Source: Batkoa obscura
Taxonomy: Eukaryota
Assembly: GCA_030770535.1 (NCBI GenBank)
Contig: JASVEC010000012.1
Coordinates: forward strand, 1,302,001-1,357,305
DNA length: 55,305 bases
Reading direction: 5' to 3'
Shown piece by piece: positions 14,316-26,891 of this stretch. The notes beneath the pieces were generated by a model. It had not been told where the DNA came from. It was given only the letters and a program-made list of their open reading frames with translations, and searched no databases. Position numbers and translations under genes: made by a program. Each line of letters starts with the position of its first letter. Within the stretch, counting starts at the first letter, position 1.

Positions 14316-14667
14316 AATTAAAATGTTAACAAAAGTTTCTAAACAATTTATTTAAATAACGCACAATAGGTTACTTTATCACATGGAGTATATGAAGTTT
14401 ATTACCACGCAACAAATTGTATGAACTTACCTATAAACTTGTTAATTTTAAATGAGCAAAGATTAAATTAAGCGATTGTAATTTTATGGAAAATAAAATA
14501 CAAAGTGTATATTAATATAGTTTATATCAATATTTGCTTAGGTTTATTTTATAACAATTGATATTTTTAAATAATATCTTAAATTGTTTTTATTGGTGGT
14601 TGAATTTTAAATGAATTTGGGAATTAATTTTATTTTTCAACTTTTAATATTTTATATTTTTAATAAA

Positions 14668-15455
14668 ATGGTAATAAATGATAGATTTTATTTAATATTC
14701 TATATTAACATGATTTAAATAGGGTAAAGCTAAAAAGACGCGTAAGTTTGCTGAAGTCAAAAGGATGATCAATCCTAAAGATGTAAGGATGTAAACATAT
14801 TTTTCAACTTAATTTAAATAATCTAAAGCAAACATAGTAAAGCAAATCAAAATAAAGCAAATGAAAAAAATGAAAAGGATAAAAAGAAAGATGTTCATCA
14901 TGTAGCTCAAGTCCAATCTTCTCTCTTTTTCCGTTATAATACAGCTCTTGGTCCACCATATCATGTACTTGTTGATACTAATTTTATCAATTTTTCGATT
15001 CAAAATAAACTCGAATTGGTCAAGACGATGATGGATTGTTTATACGCAAAAAGTAACTTCAATTTATCTATACTTGTAATTTATAACTTATCTTGAATAG
15101 GTATACCTTGTATCACAGATTGTGTAATGGCTGAATTAGAAAAATTAGGGCCTAAGTTTCGTTTAGCTTTAAAGTAATAATTTTAAAACTATCTTTTTAA
15201 TTTATTTTAATCTTTTTACAAAGAGTTGCTAAAGATCCTCGTTTTGAACGTTTACCATGCAGTCATAAAGGTACGTATGCTGATGACTGTATTGTCCAAC
15301 GTGTGATGCAACATCCAATTTATATTGTAGCTACTTGTGATAGAGATTTAAAACGTAGAATAAGAAAAGTACCAGGTATACCTATAATGTACATTGCAAG
15401 ACATCAATATACTATAGAAAGATTGCCTGAGGCTTATGGAGCACCTAAAGTATAA
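14668..15455 (+). CDS. FCF1: rRNA-processing PIN-domain protein Fcf1/Utp24
   Basis: ATG-only first coding exon (14668-14670), then [91 protein letters not shown]. Confidence 0.95.
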
Positions 15456-17056
15456 TTTGAAAACAAGCTTATAGAACATATATTATAATAAAAACCCGAT
15501 AGCAATAATTTATCTGAGCCTTTTTTTCAGGAATAATAAAACTTTAGATTTAGGTAACATTCAAATTCTATAATTATAAAGAATATTATATCATTTTATA
15601 GCCATATACTTTATTGTAAAGATGATGGTATTAGATGAAATTAAGGTTAACTTTGTTCTTAACATTAATGGTCTTTTCCTTATCTTTTATTACAAAAGCT
15701 ATTGAGTAAAGTGGAAAATCCCTTTTAACAATATTCTAATGTAAAAATGCTATGATCTTAATTTATTTTAACGCAAGTAATCCTGTATCATATTACATAA
15801 TGAAAATCCTAAAGGTTAAAATAAGTTGAGAACTATGGCCCTTGTAATTTCCGTAGTTTTAAATTAAACTAAAGGTGTTTCTAGACTTTTAAATAAGAAT
15901 TTTTAAATATAATTAAATACAATTATTTTACATGATATTTTAAGTAAGTATAATGGTTTTTATGGTTTATAATTTAAGTTGTTTTCGTATTTCTATTAAT
16001 AAGCTTTGTATTTCATTCAAAGGCAAAAAAAGCACTGTTGAAGTAATGAATTATATATTCATTAATAAATATTGGTTAAAGTTATTAAGGAATATAAAAT
16101 GATATTAAGATGGTTTTTTTGATTTCAAATATTTATCCAGTTTCTATGCAACATAAACTTAAAAGTGTTTATTAAATACTGAAACAACTAAACCTTCTAG
16201 AGCAACAGTACACTAATTAATACCAGTTTTTAAAAATTACTATAAGTAGGAATACTTTTAACAATAATGTATTTATTTTCATTTAACTTTGCATAATAAA
16301 AGATTTTCAGATTTACAAAATTAAACTTTATTTTATCAATAATATTATTACCTTGTTATAAGCAAAATACTTTGTTATAAATCCTTAATTGTGCTTATTA
16401 TTCTACACATACAAGATAAGCATATAGTTATCTGCAATTTTATACAGAATTCTTATCAAGTTTATGATAAGTGTAAGGTGTAGTTATTTTCAAGAATGAA
16501 AACAATGTTGAAAATAGATAATAAGTTGTACTAGCGAGTGCTCAATTGCCTAAAATATTTTAAAGATTAGTTGGTTTTATAAATGCTGGGTTATTAAGTT
16601 TTAAAGTTACCAAGGTTAATGGAAATCTAAATTTAAAAATAAAAAAGGCTGAGCATCTAAATTAAATAATTAAAAATTATTTTTAATTTTTGATATATTA
16701 CGCTTAATAAGCAGTATATAAATAGGCTAGTCCTTATCAGCTGTTGAAATATTTTAATTAAATCTTATGTTTTATAGAACATGATATATTGATATTATTC
16801 TTATGTCAAAGTATGTATAATCTGAGTTAATTGAGATACAAATCTCAAATTAAAGAAGAGGTTCTAAATTAAAAACAATTATTAGCTATTGAGTAATAAA
16901 ATAAAATTCATGCAATGTGCTAATAGTTCTAGTACCATTTTATATGATTTAGTTTTCATTCCTTAAACCTTTTTTAGTTTAGAAAAAATATATAAACATA
17001 TGTATATCACATTAAATCAATTTTATTTTTAGTCTAAAATACAATAAAATATTAAA

Positions 17057-18485
17057 ATGGATGTCCAAACAGCATTAAATGTTTCTCTAAATGTGATATC
17101 TTCAGTTGCTAGTATAATAGTAATTGCAATGATAGTATTTATAAGTATCTATGATCGTCGTTTAATGGATCGTGTCTCTTTAAGATTTACTTTAGCCATC
17201 TCAATTGTTGATTTATTAAAAGCAGTATTAATTTTAATATATATATTTATTGACGCCCCTGGAGCCGCATGTGTGGCAGTGGCCTATTTAATACCTGGGT
17301 TTACATTATTATATATGTTTTTAACAATATGTATAGCCTTAAACTTACAACTTACGTTTGTCAATGGCTTAAGATTTAATAGCAAATGGGAAAGGTGGTA
17401 TTGGGGTGTTTCGATAATTGGTGCATTTGGTATAATGGCAGTGCCATTAGCCACGAATCAATTGGGTTTTGATGAAGATTCTCAATTCTGTTATTATAAA
17501 AACTCCAACTCAACTACTGGACAAATATTCCAATGGGCCACATACCATAGCTGGATATTAGTTGGGTGCTTTTATTGTACGCTAATTGTTATTTTAACCA
17601 TTTTTCATTTAAACCGTAAAGTTACAATCATAAATCGTATATGTGAACCAGAATATTATACAGATGAAAAAGGGAAAAGGGTCAATATTAATGATAAAGT
17701 ACAAAGAAATTTAAAAAGATTAATAAGAAGAATGTAATATTAAATTAAACTTTTATTTACGATATATTAATGAAATATATAGTTCATTATACTGCCTTAT
17801 CCCTATTGTAACTCAAATTGGATTTGTTGCTTCTCAAATTGACGCTTATTACAATCCAACCAATCCAAATGTAGCTTTAGCGTGGTGGTCTTTTGTTGGA
17901 ACTGGTAATTTAAAATGACAGCACAAAATATATTAAATTTTAATTACTATTAATTTAGATTTGCCAGGGCTATTAAATCTTTTTGCATTTTTATTAGATC
18001 CTTCTTTGTACGCTGCTATAAAATCAATAAGGAACATACGTACAACACAAGCAAGTATGACATTGCACGAAGAAAATATAGCCTTTGAGTTAAACACACC
18101 TAAGCGTTCATCTTCTTTGAACGTTAAGAATGACCTACCTGCTCCCCCTGTTCCACAAAAAGATGACCATAGCAGCCATAGTAATAGAGAAAACCAAGAA
18201 GCTAGAGCAACGTTGCATACTATTCCAGAAATTGATATTAGTTTAGGAGAAATAAGCTATGAGCCAGCATTTGATAATAGCTTTCAATCCACAGTTTTTC
18301 CTATAACACCTAATACAGTCACTTCATCTACTCCTCTTTCAGATGACAGGTGGTTACACGCACCTAATGGTCGTCCCAGCATTTCTAGTGCAGAAGATGT
18401 AGACGTGGTAGAAAGTGCAGAATCTGATATCTTCCATGAAACCGATTCAGTAATTACATTAGATCACTTCCTTAGAGGACTTTAA
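17057..18485 (+). CDS. Seven-transmembrane GPCR, cAMP-receptor-like, paralog 1
   Basis: Exons 17057-17733, 17783-17904, 17959-18485. Seven hydrophobic helices, DRVSLR, extracellular Cys pair, YCLIP, GLLNLFAFLLDP, long Ser/Pro-rich cytosolic tail. Confidence 0.8.
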
Positions 18486-19031
18486 ATACATAATGCGTTT
18501 GCTTTATATTTTTGTTAAAGTTAAATAAAAAATACTAACAATAATTTTTAAAATAAGCTGACTTTGTTTTCAATGCAAATTTAAATATAATTGAGAGTAA
18601 AATTAGATAGCTCAAAAAAAACTTAGAATTGTTAATTTGAAAATAAAGTTCGTATATATATTTCTATTTTATATACTAAAGCAATAACAGTGTTGCTTTT
18701 TATAGCCATATTAACGACATTAATTTAAGAGATTAAGTGGATATTACAATTTAAAGCTTTTCAAAAGTAATTACACTTTTAAAAATTTCATAGTGGTAAA
18801 GTTATGATTATAATTGAAATTCTTCAAATGCATTAATAAACAAGATTATCTGGTAGTAGCATGATAATTTTAAGCTGATAATAAATAAGAATAGTTTACA
18901 TTAAAAGTGTTTGCTTAAAATTATGATTTTACTTTTATTTTTATTAATATAATTTTATATTAATACGAGGTAATAAAAATCAGAGTTAAATTATTAAATA
19001 GGAATTGGTACTATTATATAAATACCAAGGT

Positions 19032-19849
19032 TCAAGTATTAATCTAGAATACAATTGTAGTTATAAGCTAAAGGATTTAATATTAAACTTACGCTTTCAA
19101 CAAATTTACATTTGTTAATATAACACTTGGTTCCTTCGGCTTGAGTAACGGTTTGACTAATATAAACGTTAGTTTGAATTTATTAAATCTGAAAAACTCA
19201 CCATTGATCATTCAATTTGTTAGCTACACAAATATCATTCAACTTTAAAATTGATTTACTTTCAGTACTATCGGAAAATGTTAATGAATTAAATAACATT
19301 CCATTGCTAGAGTTCACTCGATAAGTGTATGTACTTTGATTTGTTGGATCCACTTTTATATTTAATGAATTTACAGTTTCAGTTAAATTGAGATCAAAAG
19401 ATACGCTAAATGCATAAAGATTAGTACTATATATATTAGTTGTATTAAATTACGCTAAGCCAAACCCATTACATTTGATATTGGCAATTGAGAAATGGCC
19501 CATAGTAGGAAGAATAGGTGCAAAAGTCTGGGGACAAGGCACCCCTTTTGGGCAATAGAAATTTTTATATAAATAATAGTTTCCACTCCCGTCAAATTGT
19601 AAGGCGCTAAAATAATTAGATAATACTATCTTGGAGTTCTATTATTTTTATAAGTATGATTCAAGAATTGAAAACTATTTGAATTACTTTATTATCTTCT
19701 TTATAAATCCCAACTAAATTTTTACTGATACTATCTGAAGTTGGGCAAAATGGCTTTAATAAGGTGCTTGAATCATAAAGATGGTTGCTAATTGAGCTTG
19801 CAATTATAATATTAAACAAAAATAATACTGAAGTAGTGAATTGAATCAT
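19032..19849 (-). CDS. Predicted secreted Cys-containing protein, multi-exon, unknown function
   Basis: Signal-peptide-like N terminus; GT-AG-joined exons giving ...FYCPKGVPCPQTFAP...TKCYINKCKFVESINT*. Confidence 0.6.
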
Positions 19850-20112
19850 TCTGAATACAATAAAAATCTTTTGTTATAAATTTTGAATGTATTATATACT
19901 TTTAAATAGTTGATTGCTTATGCTAATCTGCTTGTCTTAAAAATTTATTTTGCTTTAAACAACAGCCCATATTCTGTACTTAAATTAGAAAATGATCACT
20001 AAATAAATGGTGTGTAATTTTTAATCTAGACGAAATTTTAAATTAATTAAACTTTAAGCTAATTTAAGCTAACCAATAAATAGAATAAAAATATTAAGTA
20101 TTAACAATATAT

Positions 20113-20211
20113 AGGGGTGTTTTTTTTGGCTTCATCACTTTTTCCATTTTTCAAGCGCTATTTGAGCGGAAAGATTGCTAATAAAAGTCCTAAACAAAAA
20201 AGTACATCCCC
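20113..20211 (-). mobile_element. 99 bp MITE, family A
   Basis: Reverse-complement copy ending GTACATCCCC, flanked by ATAT/ATAT. Confidence 0.8.
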
Positions 20212-21172
20212 ATATAATGATTACTAAAAATATTTAATATAATAATAACTTTATCTACATGTTTTTATTAAACTTATTGTATTAATATATTGCTAAACAC
20301 CTTAGATCTTCAGCCGATTAACTTTTAAAGTTTATCCTTAAAATTCAACTAGGGATATAATTTCGAAAAATTATTAGCCTCAAAAGTACCTTAAAGCTTT
20401 ATAATCAATAGGTAGGGTTGGTGTTTAAAAACAATACCTATATTTTTTTAGCTCTTTCTAATCATGATGATAAAAGGATAAAAGGATAAAAGGATAAAAA
20501 TGGTAGTGTAAAAACCTTATTACAAAGTTAGGAGTCCACTTATTATATTCTTAACTTTGAGCATTTAAAAATATTAAAAGGATTTAAATTGTATGAGATT
20601 TCATGTAATAAATATAAAGATACTTGTCAATTTAAAGATAGATAAATGAATATGATAATAAATAAGTTGTTACTCTTTTTCAAAATATTTGCTAAACCAA
20701 AATTGTAATAACGATTCTAGTTAAGTAGAAAGGAAAATAAAAGAAAAGGGGCGAAGTTGATTATAACAAGAACTCTCGTGTAAAATTTTAAGGGTTATTG
20801 GAAACAAATCTGAGAGCCAGAAAAGGGTCAGGAATAGGCCTTTAGGTTATCTAAAAGTGACAAGGTTTCTTTTATAAAGAAATTCAAATTAAGAGTTAAG
20901 TTGTATTTAAACTATTAGTCATGATAGTAAAAATGTCTTAAAAAAATTTAACATAGTATATAAATTTATCTAGTTTTTATATATAGTCTTCAAGTAAATT
21001 TAAACATTGAGTAATCTTTAAAAACAAATTGATAAAAAAAATCATAAATTGCATGTTTTTATTATAAAATCTTTGATTTTATATTCATTGATTTGGTATT
21101 ATTGTTGCAGCTATTGTAAATAAAAATGAAAATTAAATGATGCAAACTTTGAATAAGTTATAATGAACCCAC

Positions 21173-21838
21173 TTATTTTAATTGTGATATGTCAGTCATA
21201 CCTTCCCAGTTATCGCATTTCCCGGAGGAAGAATTAGGTTGATAACAATCAAAATTTTGGGATTTATAATCAATAACCCAGCATTTAGGGCATCCTTTAT
21301 CTCCAAAACTACAAACATTTTTAACTACTCCAGCAACAAAACATGATTTTCCTTTAAAATAGTCTGCATTTTGTGGAGGTAAGTCATTTCCTTTATTAAT
21401 CATTTCTCTGAATGGACATGCTTGGCTTGCTTTTGAATAATCAAAGCATGAGTAACCATATGATTCCTTTTTCCAACACCTTGGACAAAACCCTTTACAT
21501 GGCATATGTTGCATCCCTCCTACAAAGCATGTGTCTGAGTCATTGCTTAAGTTAGTTAATAGTGGTTTTGTTATTTGATTATCGGCATTTTCCTGAATTG
21601 GATATTTTGATTTTACATTTACTCTTGGTTCTTCCTTTAATTGACTGCCACCATTTAACTTGACTTCCCCATTGTCATTAATTTGAATCGGTACCCCCTG
21701 TTTTTGGATAAAACCAAGCTCCTGTTGATCTAAACTTATTTTAGATAAATCCCCGGATTTCAACTTATTCAATAAGTCCTCTTTAGTGATTGAATATATA
21801 TTACTTATCAAAAATAATAAAATAAAGTTCAACTTCAT
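21173..21838 (-). CDS. Secreted protein with two tandem 6-Cys modules
   Basis: ATG at 21838 (MKLNFILLFLISNIYS signal peptide); two CFVxG...C...CPxCW...C...C repeats; intronless. Confidence 0.75.
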   Translation of the reverse strand: MKLNFILLFLISNIYSITKEDLLNKLKSGDLSKISLDQQELGFIQKQGVPIQINDNGEVKLNGGSQLKEEPRVNVKSKYPIQENADNQITKPLLTNLSNDSDTCFVGGMQHMPCKGFCPRCWKKESYGYSCFDYSKASQACPFREMINKGNDLPPQNADYFKGKSCFVAGVVKNVCSFGDKGCPKCWVIDYKSQNFDCYQPNSSSGKCDNWEGMTDISQLK

Positions 21839-22838
21839 TATCAAATATTTATTGGTTGTTAATTAATTTGCCTACTTTGTTTATATATATATGCCATCGT
21901 TTTATTAATTTTCTGACTTTAAAGGTACCCTAGCTTGTTATATTTTTAAGTGGATTTTAATAATTATAATATTTGATTTAATTATAAAATTTTAATAAAC
22001 AATATAGTAGTTTTAACACATAATATAATTAAATTTAGTTTTCCTCTCCTTCTTTTATTAACTTTTATGCAAATAAAATTTTTATTCACTATTGGTAGTA
22101 CTTTTTATAGTTAAGAATTTGAATATCTATATTATTAGATTTATGGAAACCTTATACGTTTTTCCTAACATTTTGTTATTGTATTTTTCTTCCTTTTATT
22201 AATACTTTGGACCTTTATCGTTGATACAAGTTGAACTAAGGCAAACCATCAACTTTAGAGGCCAGCTAGTTTATAAAAAAATCAAGAACCCCTTTTTTCC
22301 CAACTCATAAGCTTGTATCAATTAAATAAAACACTTGACGCCTTGTGCTTCAAGATCCAAAAATTCTAAAGCTCAAAAAGTGAATTAGTTCTCAAGAGAC
22401 AACCTATTTTTTTTAATAGGATGGTGTTTATCAAATAAATATAAATATTTCAGTAAAAATGCTTTAAGCACAATTTTTGTTAAAAAAGCTGCAAACATTC
22501 CTAAAAACTTTTTGCATATTCACATTTTTATTAATATTCCATATAGTGTTAGCGTTTCACTTTGATGATATTGGTACTTCCCCATAAAGTTGCCACATAT
22601 TTTATTGTCTTCCATGAGAACTATGTATAAAATTGTCTTTAACATTACCTTTAGATGATTTACTGAAATATCAAATTCTTATTCAAACCAATTATAGTCG
22701 AGTTAAAATATTTTTCAGTAAATTTGATGGGCAAAAATATTATAAAAAAACTCGTACATTTTTATCAATCATCATTGGTTAAAAACATTTAAGAAAATTT
22801 CATAAAAAATAAAAATTTAGAAAACTTTTTTAACCAAG

Positions 22839-23036
22839 ATGCAAACAAACAAAAAGGATAAAAAGAGCGAAAAGGAAAGGATAGAAGAGGAATTAAATGA
22901 ACTAAAGCCAGTACAGAAGGTCTATATTAAGAAAACATCCTCCAACCTACTCTTTTTATCCAATAAGAATGAAGTTATAGATACTTTGCTAAAGAAAGAG
23001 GAGCATAAAGAAGAAATTTCCAAAAAAAATGAATAA
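22839..23036 (+). CDS. 65 aa microprotein resembling beta-prefoldin-like ASDURF
   Basis: EEELNELKPVQKVYIKKTSSNLLFLSNKNEV: helix-hairpin-helix pattern recalled from ASDURF (EL..LK...KVY.....SN.FFL). Purine-rich coding-like composition; AATAAA overlaps the stop. Confidence 0.6.
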   Translation: MQTNKKDKKSEKERIEEELNELKPVQKVYIKKTSSNLLFLSNKNEVIDTLLKKEEHKEEISKKNE

Positions 23037-23371
23037 ATATTTACCAACATGTTTTAGTTATTTATTTTAATATTATTGTTTTTATTATTTGATGATTTAA
23101 ACTTTTGTAATATTTAATAAATATTATTAATGTAGTTTACAATTTAACCTTTAGTTGTGTAGAATTAGTAGATTAGAGTTAGTAAATTCGAATTTTGCAT
23201 TGAAAAAGAGGAAAAAGAGGAGTTTATCATACTTAGATTTTAAGAAGCATGAATCATTTATAAAATGGTTTAAATAAAACGTGCTTCAAATAAAATTTAA
23301 GTTAAAAGCAAATTTATTTTATTCACTTTTTACTACTATTTACCACTATTCTTAATACTCTTAATTACAAA

Positions 23372-24526
23372 ATGTTACAGCTTTTAATCTTTTATTTAAT
23401 AAACAGTTCGGTTTCCCGTATTCCTTATCAACTAGAAAATGGCTACTTACCTGGACATTACCAATATAACCACAAGACTACTAAGCACTTCAAATATAAT
23501 AATAAAATGGATTATGAATTAGTCTTTGAAGATAACTTTGAAGTGTTAGACTTGGAAAGATGGAGACATGAAATAACTATGGGTGGCGGAGGGAACTGGG
23601 AATTCCAATTTTATTATAATAACAGATCTTCATCATACATTAAAGACAATAATTTACACATAAAGCCAGTCCTTACCACAGATTATTTAGGTATAAGTGA
23701 CGAAGAGCTAATAAATAATGGAAACCTCGATTTATGGGGTAATACCCCTAATTTTCAATGTACAGCCAATGCGTTTTATGGGTGTCAACGTAGTAGCAAT
23801 GGTAACAACATTATCAATCCAATAATGTCCACACAACTAAGATCCCATCAATCGTTTAATTTCAAATATGGCAAAGTTGAAGTAATGGCAAAGCTACCAA
23901 AGGGTGATTGGTTGTGGCCTGCAATATGGTTATTACCAACACATCATGCTTATGGTGGTTGGCCAGCCTCTGGAGAAATTGACATAATGGAATCACGGGG
24001 CAACGGTAAAGGGTATCCACACGGTGGCGTTGATACTGTTGCATCTACATTACATTGGGGACCAGATTGGAAAAATAATCAGTACAATTTAACAACTAAA
24101 AGTTATAAATTAAAAGATGGAACATTTAATGATAAATTTCATAAATATTCATTGGAATGGGGGCCAACATATATTAGAACATACGTTGATGACACGATTG
24201 AACTATTAAATTTGGATTTGACAAATACCTCATTTTGGGAGATGGGAAATTTTGATCAAAAGAATTTATTTAATCCTTGGAAAAATGCACCAAACAACGC
24301 GCCATTCGATCAAAAATATTATCTAATATTTAATCTAGCAGTAGGAGGTACAAACTCATATTTCCCAGACGATGATAACAAACCGTGGAAAAACTCTAGC
24401 CCAACTGCAGCAAAAGATTTTTTAGTGAATAAATCTAAATGGTATAAAACGTGGAAAGATGAGCATGGTAATGATGAACAATCCGCTTTTGTAATTGATT
24501 ATGTTAAAGTTTATACATTAAAATAA
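23372..24526 (+). CDS. Secreted GH16 beta-1,3-glucanase / beta-1,3-glucan-binding protein type
   Basis: Signal peptide, GGGNWEFQ, KYGKVEV.AKLPKGDWLWPAIWLLP, catalytic EIDIME, APFDQ.YYLIFNLAVGG. Confidence 0.93.
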   Translation: MLQLLIFYLINSSVSRIPYQLENGYLPGHYQYNHKTTKHFKYNNKMDYELVFEDNFEVLDLERWRHEITMGGGGNWEFQFYYNNRSSSYIKDNNLHIKPVLTTDYLGISDEELINNGNLDLWGNTPNFQCTANAFYGCQRSSNGNNIINPIMSTQLRSHQSFNFKYGKVEVMAKLPKGDWLWPAIWLLPTHHAYGGWPASGEIDIMESRGNGKGYPHGGVDTVASTLHWGPDWKNNQYNLTTKSYKLKDGTFNDKFHKYSLEWGPTYIRTYVDDTIELLNLDLTNTSFWEMGNFDQKNLFNPWKNAPNNAPFDQKYYLIFNLAVGGTNSYFPDDDNKPWKNSSPTAAKDFLVNKSKWYKTWKDEHGNDEQSAFVIDYVKVYTLK

Positions 24527-25109
24527 ATGAGTGAATTTTTTATTATAAATTTAATAGTAGAACAATTATCCCTTGAACATTTACATTATCAGGTTTATAT
24601 TAAGAATTTAGTAATTTTGCTTGGCTTTTATGTTTGAGGTACATCATGTTTAGTAACATTTTTCATTAAAAAATATATTTCTGCCCAAAAAAACTTAAAA
24701 ATGTTCTAACTTTGCAATGGTATAAGCTAAATAATGAGCCAAAGAATACAGAAAATATTACTCTGTAGTGTTTTCATTGAATTTGATCAAATTCTTTACA
24801 TTTTTTAACATAATATAGTCAGGAATTAAAACACTATTGATTATTAAATATAAAGTTTAAATATCTTGACTTAAAGCACCCACATTTTAAGATCAAATAG
24901 ATATTTCTGTTTGGCTATAAAATATAAATGGAAACATTGCTAGCAAAGGAACACTTTTAATTATAAATTCCCCATAAACAATCAATACTCAAATACACCA
25001 AGTAACTTGGCCAATAAGAGCACAACAGTAATTTCTTAGCCTTGGCATCTCAGCTTAGGAAAATAGGACTATAAAATGCTAAGAAAACGAAATCAATGGT
25101 TCTGAAAAA

Positions 25110-25499
25110 ATGGATATTCATAGTTTTTCATTAAAAGCAGTACAAAATAATTTATATAACAAAGATTTAATAGACGGCAATTTACTAGAATCTTATATCA
25201 ATAATATACATTCCATTTATTTTGAGGATTTATTTTCAAGTGACATTATTCAATTCATCTTTGATAATAACAGTAATAACAATGAAAATCAAATAGTCTA
25301 TTATCTATTTATGTTAATTAAAGAAGTAATGGAATATTATTCAAAAAGGAAAGACGAGATATTAAACACATGTCAACTATTTAAAAACATTTCCAATCCA
25401 AGTTACTATGAAGATTTGGATGCTAATAAAATTGATGCTTACTGTTGCACATTTTTAGAATCTTTATTGGGATGTCATAGGTTGCGTTTTAGTAATTAA
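25110..25499 (+). CDS. Hypothetical protein (129 aa), possibly a last exon or gene relic
   Basis: ATG-initiated ORF with plausible helical composition; no recognised motif. Confidence 0.35.
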   Translation: MDIHSFSLKAVQNNLYNKDLIDGNLLESYINNIHSIYFEDLFSSDIIQFIFDNNSNNNENQIVYYLFMLIKEVMEYYSKRKDEILNTCQLFKNISNPSYYEDLDANKIDAYCCTFLESLLGCHRLRFSN

Positions 25500-26222
25500 A
25501 ATGTAATTCATGTAACTATTCAATGCGTCCGCTCAGTGAAGGTTTGGTTTATTGTTGAATCTCTTTCTTTATTTAATAAAAGAAATACATTTTTGTATTT
25601 ATTAGCTCTGATAAAAATCAAGTTTAATATTTATCTAATATTTATTATTTTAATTAGATAAATAAACAGAGATAAATCAAATAGAATGTTAAAGTGGACT
25701 AAAAAATAAGTGCTATACTCATATAAGATAAGATACTGATATATATAAATCAAACTTAGTAAATCACTTTGACTTGTTATAGAAAATCTACAGAAGGTAT
25801 AAAAATAGAAAGATAGTCAAACTGATTTTAGTATTATTTAACCTTTAAATTATTGATATATCGGTTAAAATAACAAGTGTTTTTTATATTGAAAATAAAA
25901 TATATTTTGATAAAATACATTTTAGTTTTAATTATTATGCTAATAAGAAATGTCATTAATCACAAAGGAATTTATATTGATATAAATGAGAATGAGATTA
26001 CAAAATCATTTAATAGTATATTTTTTTCATTAGGAATAGTTATTAGTTGGGATTTTTATAAATATCACTAAAAAGTTATCTGAAAATTGAAAATATTAGA
26101 ACATTAATTTAGTCTGTAAAAGCTGTTATTCATACTTAAATTTAATATTAAATTAGAACAAATATTAAAAATTCAAGCAAATTTTTTATTTTTTAAAAAT
26201 TAGAAATAAAGTAAAATTAATT

Positions 26223-26891
26223 TTAAAACCCGCAAGTTTCTTTCGAAGTACATCTTTTTACATACGCAATACATTCCTCAGGCGCCTTTTCTTCGATATC
26301 ATCAGGATCACCACCACAAGCTTCATAAATTTCTTTTGATGAAGTATATGCACCGGCACCAAGCTGCCTGAATTCATAAAGTAGTTTTCCTGTCTCTTTT
26401 TCTACAACAAAAGTGCCTCCTAATTGGAAACCATCCCCTTTAAGATCCCCAGAAATACCGGCTTTTTGGGCAGCTGCAATAGCAGCACGAGTTGCACCAC
26501 TCATTAAATCCTTTAATCCAGCAGATACAGGTAGTTTTGGTAGATCAAGAGCTTTATGAACACTCCTTTCGTCATCTATCAAAATTTGCCAATCCCAATA
26601 ACCACCAGAAAGAAAATCACCCAAACCAACATCTTCAAAACCAACAGCAACCAATTTAATATTAAGCTCATCAAACTCATCTTTCAACTCTGATAAAATA
26701 CGAGATTCATAACGACATAATGGACAACCAAAACGACGTAAAACTTTTAATACGCAAGTTTGACGCTTCCATAGATCAGAAATAATTATTTGTCCACCTT
26801 TACTATCTTTTACTTTAATACCTTCTAGAAATCCGGGTTTGCCCAAGCTAGATTTTGGTTTTTTATTCAACTTAAAAAAGGATTTGACCAT
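26223..26891 (-). CDS. Peroxiredoxin-like 2 (PRXL2/AhpC-TSA_2) thioredoxin-fold protein
   Basis: LRRFGCPLCR CxxC motif, LVAVGFE, GDGFQLGGTFVV. Confidence 0.88.
   Translation of the reverse strand: MVKSFFKLNKKPKSSLGKPGFLEGIKVKDSKGGQIIISDLWKRQTCVLKVLRRFGCPLCRYESRILSELKDEFDELNIKLVAVGFEDVGLGDFLSGGYWDWQILIDDERSVHKALDLPKLPVSAGLKDLMSGATRAAIAAAQKAGISGDLKGDGFQLGGTFVVEKETGKLLYEFRQLGAGAYTSSKEIYEACGGDPDDIEEKAPEECIAYVKRCTSKETCGF

Noticed and set aside
20468..20500. (GGATAAAA)3-4 short tandem repeat
   Set aside because: Ordinary slippage repeat with no further structure.
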